From an uncultured Chloroflexia bacterium (GTDB lineage Bacteria; Chloroflexota; Limnocylindria; QHBO01), in the NCBI GenBank assembly GCA_963807915.1, contig CAWEDO010000002.1, positions 105,502 through 169,501 of the forward strand: DNA of 64,000 bases, read 5' to 3'. The notes beneath the pieces were generated by a model, which was not told the DNA's origin, did not search any database, and was given only the letters and a program-made list of their open reading frames with translations. Shown piece after piece: positions 8,863 to 18,002 of this stretch. Positions within the stretch are counted from its first letter, which is position 1, and each line of letters starts with the position of its first letter. The translations under genes were made by a program, and so were the position numbers.

Positions 8863-9426
8863 ATGCCGGCCACCTACCACCTGCTCCACGCCGGCTACGT
8901 CCGCGACGACGGGGTCGCCAGCAGTGTCAGCCTCGTGCTGGACGGCGTGGCCACGATGGTGGTCGACCCCGGGATGGTCGCCGACACCGACCTGATCCTG
9001 GCCCCGCTCCGCGGCCTCGGGCTAGGGCCGCGCGACGTCACCCACGTCGTCCTCACCCACCACCACCCCGATCACGCCGTCAACGCGGGCCTCTTCCCGA
9101 ATGCCGAGGTGGTCGACTTCTGGGCGCGCTACCGAGGCGACCAGTGGCTGGACCACGAGGGCGACGGCTACCGGGTCAGCGAGCACGCCCGGCTCATCCT
9201 GACGCCCGGTCACACGGACGAGGACGCGACACTCCTGGTCGAGACCGATGCCGGGGTCGTGGCCTGCACGCACGCCTGGTGGCGCGCCGACCGCACCCCT
9301 GACGTCGACCCGCTGGCCGATGACCAGGTCGCGCTCGAGGCCAGCCGGGCGCGGATCCTGGCAGAGGCTGACACGGTGGTGCCGGGCCACGGCGAGCCGT
9401 TCACGACGGGGCGTTCTACCGCGTGA
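8863..9426 (+). CDS. MBL-fold metallo-hydrolase
   Basis: THHHPDH motif and downstream His/Asp ligands. Confidence 0.85.
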   Translation: MPATYHLLHAGYVRDDGVASSVSLVLDGVATMVVDPGMVADTDLILAPLRGLGLGPRDVTHVVLTHHHPDHAVNAGLFPNAEVVDFWARYRGDQWLDHEGDGYRVSEHARLILTPGHTDEDATLLVETDAGVVACTHAWWRADRTPDVDPLADDQVALEASRARILAEADTVVPGHGEPFTTGRSTA

Positions 9427-9507
9427 CGGGCTTCACATCGGATGCATACTCTTCGCCGGCGGAGGCGCTGGGATGGTGTGGACGTCTCCGGCACTGGAGG
9501 TAGGGAC

Positions 9508-10083
9508 GTGTACATCTCGGGCAGGTATCTCGGCTTCGTGGGCCTCGGGCGGATCGTGATCGGGATCATCTTCCTGTGGGCCGGCCTCGAAAAGATCATC
9601 GGCACCGGTCTCGGCACCTGGACTGCGGATGGCTTCCTGCAGTTCGGGACGGGCGGGTCGCTCGGCTGGCCCTTCGTGACCGGCGAAGTGGCCGAGGGGA
9701 CCGTCTTCAACCCGACGCACGACTTCTGGGTCGGGCTGGTCGGCACCAGCGCCAGCGACGTCATCAAGTACCTGGTGCCGCTGGGCCAGCTCGGGATCGG
9801 CGTCAGCCTGATCCTGGGCCTCTTCACCCGCTTCGGCGCCGCCATGGGCACGCTGATGATGCTCTTCTTCTTCGTCGCGGCCTGGGACTTCGAGTTCGGG
9901 ATCGTGAACCAGCACCTGACCTATGCGGTCGTTACCTTCGGCCTGGGCGTCATCGGGGCGGGCAACTTCTACGGCCTGGACGCGATCGTCGGCCCGCGGG
10001 TCGGGCCCTTCATCCGGCGCTGGATCTGCTCCGGTGACAGGACCGATCCCGACCTGGTGGCGCGCCCCCCTGCCATGGCCTGA
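9508..10083 (+). CDS. DoxX family membrane protein
   Basis: GGAGG RBS plus GTG; four TM helices; DoxX-like LWAGLEKI motif. Confidence 0.75.
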   Translation: MYISGRYLGFVGLGRIVIGIIFLWAGLEKIIGTGLGTWTADGFLQFGTGGSLGWPFVTGEVAEGTVFNPTHDFWVGLVGTSASDVIKYLVPLGQLGIGVSLILGLFTRFGAAMGTLMMLFFFVAAWDFEFGIVNQHLTYAVVTFGLGVIGAGNFYGLDAIVGPRVGPFIRRWICSGDRTDPDLVARPPAMA

Positions 10084-10177
10084 TTCCGGTTCGTGACCGG
10101 CGGCAGGGTCCAAGGGGACCTCTGGCCGTGGCCCCCGCTCATGGCGATCGTCAGGCTCCGGTCAGGAGGTGCCAGCG

Positions 10178-10609
10178 ATGATCGCCACGACGACGCTGCG
10201 GGTTGGGAACCTGATGACGGTGGACCCGGTCGTGATCGACCCCGAGGCCTCCGTCCACGACGCCGAGATGCTGCTCAAGTCCTATCGGATCAGCGGGCTG
10301 CCGGTGACGGCCGATGGCGCCGTGGTAGGCGTGATCAGCCAGACCGACCTGCTGAACGCGCGCTCGAGCGAGCTGATCGGCTCCAACTGGGACCGCGTCA
10401 AGGTCCGCCACCTGATGAGTCGCCCGGCGCTGACCGTGCATCTCACCACGACCGTCGTGCGGGCGGCACGAATGATGCTCGACGAGCACATTCACCGGTT
10501 GGTCGTCGTCGACGACGACGGCGCTCCGGTGGGCGTGCTGACCGCCACCGACCTGCTTCGTACACTGCTCCCCGATCAGGAGGGCCAGCCCTTCTTCCCC
10601 GAGGGCTGA
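10178..10609 (+). CDS. CBS domain-containing protein
   Basis: AGGAGG RBS; tandem CBS motifs (VMTVDPVV, GLPV, HRLVVVDDDG). Confidence 0.8.
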   Translation: MIATTTLRVGNLMTVDPVVIDPEASVHDAEMLLKSYRISGLPVTADGAVVGVISQTDLLNARSSELIGSNWDRVKVRHLMSRPALTVHLTTTVVRAARMMLDEHIHRLVVVDDDGAPVGVLTATDLLRTLLPDQEGQPFFPEG

Positions 10610-10685
10610 CCCCGGCCGGGACGCGTGACGGAACCTTTATCGGCCCTTCACGCCAGCGTGGCTGACCTCATCTAGACTTCGCGCC

Positions 10686-11348
10686 ATGTTGTTCAGCTTC
10701 GGTCACAAGTCCCGCATGCCCGATCCGGCCGACGCGCTCCGCGGCCGGGCCGAGCCCCTCCCCACCGCCGAGCGCCACTTCGTCAACGGACAGCCGCTGA
10801 AGGGTCCCTATCCCGAGGGCTCCGAGGTCATCGACTTCGCCTTGGGGTGCTTCTGGGGCGCCGAAAAGGACTTCTGGCAGGTGCCGGGCGTGATCGTCAC
10901 CGCCGTCGGCTACCAGGGCGGCTTCACGCCCAATGCCAACTACAACGAGGTCTGCTCCGGCCGCACCGGCCACGCCGAGAGCGTGCGGGTCGTGTACGAC
11001 CCGGCCAGGGTCAGCCTCGAGGAGCTGTTGCGGGTCTTCTGGGAGCACCATGACCCGACACAGGGCTACCGCCAGGGCAACGACATGGGCACGCAGTATC
11101 GGTCGGCCATCTACACCCACACCGATGCGCAGCGCGCTGCGGCGGAGGCGTCGCGGGCGATGTACCAGGCTGAGCTGGAAAAGGCCGGCTACGGAGCGAT
11201 CACGACCGAGATCGTCGACGCCCCCGAATTCTTCTTCGCCGAGGACTACCACCAGCAGTACCTGGCCAAGAACCCGAACGGGTACTGTCCGGTTCATGCC
11301 ACCGGCGTGAAGTTCGCCGGGCCGATCCAGGAGATGCAGCAGGTCTAG
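10686..11348 (+). CDS. msrA: peptide-methionine (S)-S-oxide reductase
   Basis: GCFWGAE active-site motif; full MsrA length. Confidence 0.9.
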   Translation: MLFSFGHKSRMPDPADALRGRAEPLPTAERHFVNGQPLKGPYPEGSEVIDFALGCFWGAEKDFWQVPGVIVTAVGYQGGFTPNANYNEVCSGRTGHAESVRVVYDPARVSLEELLRVFWEHHDPTQGYRQGNDMGTQYRSAIYTHTDAQRAAAEASRAMYQAELEKAGYGAITTEIVDAPEFFFAEDYHQQYLAKNPNGYCPVHATGVKFAGPIQEMQQV

Positions 11349-11453
11349 GTACGCCCCCCGCCCGCCCGCTCAGAATCTGCGTTGCACGAAAGGCCCTAAA
11401 ACCAGGGGCCGCTTCTCAGGACGTTCTCAGGCCGGACCGGCAGGATGCGGTGC

Positions 11454-12826
11454 ATGACCGCCATCTCATCCGCGCTGTCCCGGGTTCCCATGCCGCGCAC
11501 GTGGCGCCTCCGCCCGGTCGACGTCGGCTCGTTGGCGGTGGGCAATGGAATCTTCATCGTGGCCATGTGGTGGCGACACGGGGGCCTCACGCAGCTCACC
11601 GTGCCGGGGGAGCTCTCACCGCGGCGGGGCAGCTGACGGCGCTGCTGGGCACCTACGCCGCCCTCCTGCAGCTGGTGCTGATGTCGCGCTCGCCGTGGCT
11701 CGACCAGCTCTTCGGGATGCATCGGCTGACGGCGTGGCATCGCTGGATCGGGTTCGCCACCGTCTGGCTGCTCCTTGGACACGGAATCATGACCACGCTC
11801 GGATATGCGCTCGCAGACCGACTCTCCGCGCCGGTCGAACTCTGGAACATGTTGACAACCTACCCCTACGTCCTGATGGCGACCGCAGGCATGGCGATGC
11901 TGTTGGCGGTGGGGGTCACCTCGGTCCGCCTCGCGCGTCGTCGCCTTGCCTACGAGACCTGGTTCGGGATCCACCTCTACGCATATCTGGCGATCGCGCT
12001 CGCCACGGCGCACCAGGTGGTGGTGGGCACTGACTTCGCGCACGACCCCGTGGCGCGGGTCTACTGGCTTGCGCTCTACGCGATGGTCGCCGCACTTCTG
12101 ATCACCTTCCGCATCGGATCACCGCTGGCGCTCTCGCTGCGACACCGCCTGCGCGTGGCCCACGTGGTGCAGGAGGCACCCGGCGTCGTATCGATCTACC
12201 TCGTTGGGCGGAAGCTCGACCGGCTGGCGGTACGGGCCGGGCAGTACTTCATCTGGCGCTTCCTGACCCCCGATGGCTGGTGGCGCGGCCATCCCTTCTC
12301 GCTCTCGGCGGCTCCGAACGGCGAGTACTTGCGCCTGACGGTGAAGAACTCGGGCGACTACTCGAGGCTGCTGCAGGGTGTACGGGTCGGCACTGGGGTC
12401 TTCGCGGAAGGCCCGTATGGGGTGCTGACCGGGGCGCGACGCACGCGTCCGCAGCTGTTGCTCATCGCAGGCGGAATCGGGGTCACTCCGCTCCGAGCGC
12501 TGCTGGAGGAGCTGCCGGTGGGCCGCGGCAACCTGACCCTGCTGTATCGGGCCAGCGACTGGAGCGAGGTGCTCTTCCGCGACGAGATCGACGAGCTCGT
12601 CCGTCAGCGTGGCGGGCGGGTGCACTACCTGGTCGGCCAGCGCGGGTCCGAAGAGATGCCATCCGACCCTCTCCAGCCGAAGGCGCTGCGTCGTCTGGTG
12701 CCCGACATCATCCGACGCGACATCTACCTGTGCGGCTCAAACGCGATGATGGACGCGGTCGAGGCGAGCCTGCAATGGCTCCACGTGCCGCGGTCCCGGA
12801 TCCACAGCGAACGATTCAGCTACTGA
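11454..12826 (+). CDS. NOX/ferric-reductase-like transmembrane oxidoreductase (bis-heme TM domain plus FAD and NAD(P)-binding domains), interrupted by a single-base frameshift at the G5 run 11605-11609
   Basis: N-terminal TM segment reads in frame 0 up to LTQLTVPG and continues in frame 2 as [13 protein letters not shown]; His pairs in TM helices; HPFS, GPYG and GGIGVTP motifs. Confidence 0.75.
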
Positions 12827-12836
12827 CCGGAGACTT

Positions 12837-13319
12837 GTGACCATGCCAAAACGGGGCGCCATCACGGCCTTTCTGACTGCTGTCGGCGTTGTCCTGCTCA
12901 TCAACTTCAAGACGCCCTCGCAGCAGGGTCTCGCCGCCTTCAGCCGCCAGACGGTCACCGACCCGCAAGTGAGCGGTGCGGCCACGGGAAGCACGCCGCC
13001 ACAGCCGAGCGCGAGCTCCGCGCCGACGGCGGTGCCAACGCCCGCTGTGCAGACCCTCACCGGGCCGGCAATCTCCTACTTCTTCGGCACGGCTCAGGTG
13101 CAGGTGACGATCCAGAACGGTCAGATCACGTCGGTGACTGCGCTGCAGCTTCCCGCCGAGGGGCGGTCGGGCTGGATCTCGCAGCAGGTGGAGCCGTTGC
13201 TCAAGTCCGAAGTACTGAGCGCGCAGAGCGGGCAGATCAACCTGATCTCCGGCGCGACGTACACCAGCGAGGCATACGCGCAGTCGCTGCAGGCCGCACT
13301 GGATCAGGCACACGCATGA
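12837..13319 (+). CDS. FMN-binding domain protein (secreted, flavinylation target)
   Basis: N-terminal TM/signal segment; FMN_bind motif SGATYTS with the target Thr. Confidence 0.8.
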   Translation: MTMPKRGAITAFLTAVGVVLLINFKTPSQQGLAAFSRQTVTDPQVSGAATGSTPPQPSASSAPTAVPTPAVQTLTGPAISYFFGTAQVQVTIQNGQITSVTALQLPAEGRSGWISQQVEPLLKSEVLSAQSGQINLISGATYTSEAYAQSLQAALDQAHA

Positions 13320-14059
13320 CGGTCTCCGTGGGTCGGCTGCGCGTTGAGCAGATCATGGGCACCGCCATCGGAATCAACGTGTGCGACGACGGCGTGGCGG
13401 ATGAGGCGATCGAGAAGGCCTTTGCCTCGCTGCGCTGGGCGGACGACCAGTTCAGCACCTACAAGCCCCAGAGCGAGGTGAGCCGGCTGGGGCGCGGCGA
13501 GCTGAAGCTCGCGGACTGCAGCCTTGAGCTGCGGCGAGTCCTCGCTCTCGCCGAGCAGCTGCGCTTAGACAGCGGCGGCTACTTCGATGTGCGAGCGGCT
13601 CGTATCGACGGCAGCCTCGACCCGTCCGGGATCGTGAAGGGCTGGGCCGTCGAGGAGGCCGCCTGGATCCTGGATGCGGCGGGCGCCCGTAACTACGCCA
13701 TCAACGCGGGCGGCGATGTCCTGGTGCAAGGCGAGCCCGAGCCTGGCGAGCCCTGGCGGATCGGGATCCGACACCCCGTGCAGCCGGACGCAGTGGCGCA
13801 CGTGCTGGAGCTGCGCCGCGGCGCGGTCGCGACCTCCGGCGCCTACGAGCGCGGCGACCACATCACCAATCCCCGGGAAGAGGGGGCCCCGCGCGACTGG
13901 CTGAGCATCACGGTGGTCGGGCCAAGCCTGAGCCTGGCCGATGCGTATGCCACAGCGGCCTTTGCGATGGGATCTGCCGGACTCGCCTGGGTGACACGAC
14001 ATTCCGGCTACCGGGCTTTGGGCATAAGCGCCGACGGGATGCTCTGGACCGAGGGCTGA
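13316..14059 (+). CDS. apbE: FAD:protein FMN transferase
   Basis: ApbE family length and motifs; overlaps upstream gene by 4 nt. Confidence 0.85.
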   Translation: MTVSVGRLRVEQIMGTAIGINVCDDGVADEAIEKAFASLRWADDQFSTYKPQSEVSRLGRGELKLADCSLELRRVLALAEQLRLDSGGYFDVRAARIDGSLDPSGIVKGWAVEEAAWILDAAGARNYAINAGGDVLVQGEPEPGEPWRIGIRHPVQPDAVAHVLELRRGAVATSGAYERGDHITNPREEGAPRDWLSITVVGPSLSLADAYATAAFAMGSAGLAWVTRHSGYRALGISADGMLWTEG

Positions 14060-14086
14060 TATCGGACGATAGAAGACCGTCCTGGC

Positions 14087-14103
14087 CCGGCCGAGTCGGC
14101 CGG
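14087..14103. terminator. GC hairpin (ccggccga-g-tcggccgg) between convergent apbE and histidine kinase genes; candidate bidirectional terminator
   Basis: 8-bp perfect inverted repeat read directly. Confidence 0.4.
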
Positions 14104-15408
14104 TCAGGAGTGCGGCAGCTGCACCAGGAAGCGGGCTCCGCCGGACGGCCGGTTCGAAACCGTGATCCTGCCACCGTGGTGCTCCGCGATCCAGGCGGCA
14201 ATGGCGAGGCCGAGTCCCGTGCCGCCCGCTGGGGCGTCGCTCGCACGCCAGAATCGGTTGAAGACGTGCGGAAGATCTTCGTCCCGAATGCCCGGGCCTT
14301 CGTCCTCGACCGAGACGCGCGGATGGGCATCCGTGCGGAGGCTGACCTGCACCACCGACCCGGCTGGCGAATGTCCGATGGCGTTGTCGACCAGGATCGC
14401 CACCAGCTGGCGGAGCCGATCCGGGTCGCCTTCGACGGAGCCCGGTGCGGCGTCCAGCCGCAGCTCGACCCCGCGCGCCTCGGCCTGGGCCTGCAGCCGC
14501 TGCAGCGCCTCCCCCGCAATCTTCGCGAGATCCACCTTCTCGCGGCGCAGTTCGATCACCCCAGAATCGCTCCGGGCGAGCAGCAGCAGGTCGTCCACCA
14601 GGGTCGTGAGGTGCTCGACCTCCGCCTCGATATCGTCGAGCGCCTCTCCCACCTCGGCGACAGGCTGGGTGCGGTGCCGGCGCAGATGCTCCACGCTGCC
14701 GCGCACGATCGTCAGCGGCGTGCGCAGCTCATGGCTGGCATCGGCGGCGAACTCCCGTTGGCGCCGGAGCGAGTCTCGGATCGGGATGAGCGCGCGTCCG
14801 GCGTAGACAAAGCCAAGAGCCATGGCAAGCGCCAGGACCGCCAGGCCCCCGCCCCCCAGGACGACGAGGAGGGTGAAGAGCGTTCGCTGCTCCGCCGTCC
14901 GATCCTGCACCACCTGCAGGACATAGGTGGCGCCCGCGCCGGTCAGCGCCTCGGTCCAGACCCGAACCGGCGCCCCCTTTACCGTTGCCAGCCGAACATC
15001 GGTTGCGCCGGAAAGCGCCGCGGTGACCCCCGCGGCTACGGGCATGTCGGTCGTGTCGATCGGTGCCGCGCCAACGAAGTCTCCGTCGGCGTCCAGGACG
15101 ATCGAGATGGTTCCCGCTCCAGGTCCGCCGAACTCAGCGCGGCCAATGGGCGGACCCTCCCGGTTCTCGGCGTCGGGCTCCGTTCCGGGTGGCAGGCTCT
15201 GCAGGAAGGCTCGCAGGCTCCGCGCCTGTGAGTCGAGCTGTGCCCGGCCAGCCGCCGCAAGCGACGCGTCGACGCTCAGGTAGAGGGCGGTTCCCAGCGC
15301 CAGGAGAAGGACCAGGGTCGATCCCGCGCTCCAGGCGACCAGGCGCCAGCGAACGCGAGTGAGCAGCCGGGCGTCACCGGGCTGGCGTTGCGTCGTCGAA
15401 CCGCTCAC
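14104..15408 (-). CDS. sensor histidine kinase (HAMP-HisKA-HATPase_c)
   Basis: HELRTPLT H-box and N/G1/G2 boxes; GTG start overlapping the response regulator stop (GTGA). Confidence 0.85.
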   Translation of the reverse strand: MSGSTTQRQPGDARLLTRVRWRLVAWSAGSTLVLLLALGTALYLSVDASLAAAGRAQLDSQARSLRAFLQSLPPGTEPDAENREGPPIGRAEFGGPGAGTISIVLDADGDFVGAAPIDTTDMPVAAGVTAALSGATDVRLATVKGAPVRVWTEALTGAGATYVLQVVQDRTAEQRTLFTLLVVLGGGGLAVLALAMALGFVYAGRALIPIRDSLRRQREFAADASHELRTPLTIVRGSVEHLRRHRTQPVAEVGEALDDIEAEVEHLTTLVDDLLLLARSDSGVIELRREKVDLAKIAGEALQRLQAQAEARGVELRLDAAPGSVEGDPDRLRQLVAILVDNAIGHSPAGSVVQVSLRTDAHPRVSVEDEGPGIRDEDLPHVFNRFWRASDAPAGGTGLGLAIAAWIAEHHGGRITVSNRPSGGARFLVQLPHS

Positions 15409-16079
15409 ACCTGGGCCATCCGGTAGCCGACCCCGCGCACGGTCGTGATGCACCCGGCACCCCGACCCAGCTTCGCGCGGAGGTAGTGAATGTACGTGTC
15501 GACGCTGTTGTGGGTCAGCATCTCCCCGTATGGCCAAGCAGCGTCGAGGAGTTGATCGCGGCTCAGCACCTGCCCCGGGTGCCGCAGCAGGCACTCGAGG
15601 AGGCTGAACTCACGTGGGCTCAGTTCTACCGGCCCGCCGTCGACCGTCACCAGACGGCGGACGTCATCGAGGACGATCGGTCCGTTGCGGAGTGTCGCTC
15701 CGTCGTGCGCATCGGCGGAGACCCGACGCCCGAGGGCCCGCAGTCGCGCCGAAAGCTCCTCGAACGCGAACGGCTTGACAAGGTAGTCGTCCGCGCCCGC
15801 GTCGAGACCGCGCACGCGGTCCTCGATCGCATCGCGGGCGGTCAGCATCAGGATTGGAACGTGCGAGCCTGACTCGCGGAGACGCCGGGCCACTTCAGTG
15901 CCGGGGATGTCGGGCAGGCCGATATCGAGGATGACCGCGTCGATGCCAGCCCCTGCCGCGGCAATCTCGAGGGCCTCCTCGCCCAGCGCCGTCAGCTCGA
16001 CGAGGTGCCGCTCCTCGCTGAGCATGCGCGTCAGCAGGCGCCCCAGCCGCGCGTCATCCTCCACCAGCAGCAGGTGCAT
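15405..16079 (-). CDS. OmpR-family response regulator
   Basis: MHLLLVEDD receiver domain; winged-helix C-terminus TVRGVGYR. Confidence 0.85.
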   Translation of the reverse strand: MHLLLVEDDARLGRLLTRMLSEERHLVELTALGEEALEIAAAGAGIDAVILDIGLPDIPGTEVARRLRESGSHVPILMLTARDAIEDRVRGLDAGADDYLVKPFAFEELSARLRALGRRVSADAHDGATLRNGPIVLDDVRRLVTVDGGPVELSPREFSLLECLLRHPGQVLSRDQLLDAAWPYGEMLTHNSVDTYIHYLRAKLGRGAGCITTVRGVGYRMAQV

Positions 16080-16137
16080 GCCGCCATTGTTGCGCCGCTT
16101 CCTGAGAATCACCTGAGTGCTCCGGACCTTGGCACCC

Positions 16138-16185
16138 ACCGGCATGAAGTTCGCTGGGCCGATCCAGGAGATGTAGCAAGTTAGC
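16138..16185 (+). repeat. 48-nt degenerate duplicate of the msrA 3' end (compare 11301-11348); encodes [12 protein letters not shown]
   Basis: 43 of 48 nt identical, all five differences being G>A or C>T transitions; read directly from sequence. Confidence 0.55.
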
Positions 16186-16212
16186 GGGCGTTTCCGCCCG
16201 GCACACGTTGAA

Positions 16213-16234
16213 GGGGCCTTCTCAGGCCCCTTCG
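16213..16234. terminator. GC-rich hairpin aaggggcc-ttctca-ggcccctt downstream of the minus-strand micro-peptide gene
   Basis: 8-bp perfect stem. Confidence 0.35.
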
Positions 16235-16247
16235 GCTCGTCGCTCGC

Positions 16248-16358
16248 CTACTTCTTCTTTGGCGCTGCCCTCTTCGCGGCCGGCTTGGCGGCTGGCTTCT
16301 TGGCGGTGGGCTTCTTGGCGGCTGGCCTCTTGGCGGCTGGCTTTTCGTGGTGGCTCAC
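16248..16358 (-). CDS. Lys/Ala/Pro-rich basic micro-protein (36 aa: VSHHEKPAAKRPAAKKPTAKKPAAKPAAKRAAPKKK), histone-H1/HU-tail-like
   Basis: AGGAG RBS 9 nt upstream of GTG; encoded by 15-bp tandem DNA repeats; last gene of the minus-strand operon. Confidence 0.45.
   Translation of the reverse strand: MSHHEKPAAKRPAAKKPTAKKPAAKPAAKRAAPKKK
16262..16345. repeat. tandem 15-bp repeats (cttcttggcggctgg-like, about 5 copies) encoding PAAKK pentapeptide repeats on the minus strand
   Basis: Read directly. Confidence 0.6.
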
Positions 16359-16397
16359 AGCACGACTCCTGGTGCGATTCCGAACGACGGTCGGATT

Positions 16398-17027
16398 CTA
16401 GGCAGACGCCGCAACAGGGGTGCCGCAGCTCGCGCAGAACTTCGCCCCTTCCGCGAGGTCGGCCGCGCAGTTCGTGCACTTGTTCTGCCCCGTGGGGTGG
16501 CCGCAGTTCGAGCAGAACTTCTCCGATCCGACCGGCTTGCCGCAGTTGGTGCAGACCGTGGCCCGGGCCGACAGGTCGCCCGTGAAGATTTGTTCGCCCT
16601 GCATCGCGTGCCGCATTTGCGCGACCTCGACCTGGGCTCGTTCGGCCTCCATCTCGGCGGCGAGCTTCGGGGCGTCAGCGATGCACAGGCCGCGCGCCTC
16701 GTTCCAGCACCGGCTGTCGACCCAGCGCTGGTCGCGGGGACACTGCGTGAAGTTCGGCATGAGCTCGGCGGCGGCCTTCTTGAGCGCCTCGTCCCGGGCG
16801 CCGCGGTCCATGAAGTCCTTCGCGCCGCGCGCCGCGCCCTGTGCCCCCCACAGGCCGCCCAGCACGTTGCTGGCGCCGCTGAGCAGGGAGCTCGCACTCC
16901 CGAGCGCCGAGCGCTCGAACTCGCTGCGGTAGCCGCTGCCACAGATGTCGCAGACGAACTCGAACTGGTACCCGTTCTCGTCCGACAGGTCGCGGTAGTT
17001 GTTCGTGAACGGCGTGAAGCCGGCCAT
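16398..17027 (-). CDS. multi-zinc-ribbon domain protein (209 aa)
   Basis: CDICG...CPRDQRWVDSRC plus C-terminal double ribbon CTNCG..FCSNCG and CTNC..FCASCG. Confidence 0.7.
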   Translation of the reverse strand: MAGFTPFTNNYRDLSDENGYQFEFVCDICGSGYRSEFERSALGSASSLLSGASNVLGGLWGAQGAARGAKDFMDRGARDEALKKAAAELMPNFTQCPRDQRWVDSRCWNEARGLCIADAPKLAAEMEAERAQVEVAQMRHAMQGEQIFTGDLSARATVCTNCGKPVGSEKFCSNCGHPTGQNKCTNCAADLAEGAKFCASCGTPVAASA

Positions 17028-17046
17028 CTCGTGACTCCAAATAGCG

Positions 17047-17080
17047 ATCCGCGGCCCGATCCTACAATCGTTGGCCGCGG
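17047..17080. terminator. 9-bp perfect inverted repeat TCCGCGGCC-N16-GGCCGCGGA between the DUF4342 and zinc-ribbon genes (terminator/attenuator or operator)
   Basis: Read directly. Confidence 0.35.
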
Positions 17081-17111
17081 ACCGATAGACCTCCGCTGCG
17101 TGACATGCGTC

Positions 17112-17387
17112 CTAGACGGTCGGTGTCGTCCCCTCGTCACTTCGCTCCACCACGATCGTGCAGCGGGTCGCGAGAGCGGCGATCGCGCCGATGGCGGCGA
17201 AGACCGGCAGCAGCGCCGCGCCGATCACGCCGAAGGTGAGCGGGAACTCGACCAGCGTCCGCCCCTCCTCGTTCTTGATGATCATGCGACGGACGTTGCC
17301 CTGGTGGATGAGCTCCCTGGCCTTGGCCAGCAGCTCGTCGCCGCTGATGCTGAATTCCTCGATGCGAGGCGGAACCTCGGTCTGCAT
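17112..17387 (-). CDS. DUF4342-like small protein
   Basis: 91 aa; conserved-looking small-protein architecture. Confidence 0.65.
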   Translation of the reverse strand: MQTEVPPRIEEFSISGDELLAKARELIHQGNVRRMIIKNEEGRTLVEFPLTFGVIGAALLPVFAAIGAIAALATRCTIVVERSDEGTTPTV

Positions 17388-17458
17388 CGGTCAACTCCTG
17401 TGCGTGGATGGTTGCGTCCACCTTGGCGGACCGGACGCGGGCTGTCATCCGCCGAAGG

Positions 17459-17977
17459 TCACGAACTTCCCGGCAGGCCGATTCGGTAGCGCACCTCATC
17501 GAATTCGACGCCGTCGAACGCGCGGCGCCGATCCGTCCCGTCGGTGCTCCAGCCGGCTGTCTCGTAGATGGCGCGAGGCCGATGGTTCTCGGCGGCGGTC
17601 CACAGGGTCGCCTCGCGGAAACCGGCGGCCCGCAGGGTCTGGACGGCCACCTCGAGCAGCGCGCGGCCGGCGCCCCTCCCCCAGCTGGCCGGAGCGACGA
17701 AGAACGCGTCCAGCTCGCCGGTCGCGCGGTCTGCGTCCGCGTCGCCGGAGGGCCGCGTCACCGCGAACCCGACCGCCTCGCCGTTCCCCTCGACCATCAG
17801 GACCCGCACCCGCGGATCGTCCGCCTCGATGGCCGCCGCCCATCGGTCCGGGAAGGGCAGCGTCTCGACCGTCGGCGGCGGCAGGATGTGGCCCCAGGCG
17901 GCGACGCCGGCGTCGTGCTTGATGGCCACCATCGCGGGGAGGTCGGCGGCACCGGCGGGGCGGATCAGCAGCTCCAC
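17459..17977 (-). CDS. GNAT family N-acetyltransferase
   Basis: Motif A GWSTDG/RGAGRALL. Confidence 0.75.
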   Translation of the reverse strand: MELLIRPAGAADLPAMVAIKHDAGVAAWGHILPPPTVETLPFPDRWAAAIEADDPRVRVLMVEGNGEAVGFAVTRPSGDADADRATGELDAFFVAPASWGRGAGRALLEVAVQTLRAAGFREATLWTAAENHRPRAIYETAGWSTDGTDRRRAFDGVEFDEVRYRIGLPGSS

Positions 17978-18002
17978 GGCGCAAAGGGTAGCGGCTGGCC
18001 GG

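Noticed and set aside
16262-16345. Possible CRISPR array suggested by short tandem repeats
   Set aside because: Repeats are 15 bp, contiguous with no spacers, and in frame within a coding ORF, where they form PAAKK peptide repeats. No cas genes are present.
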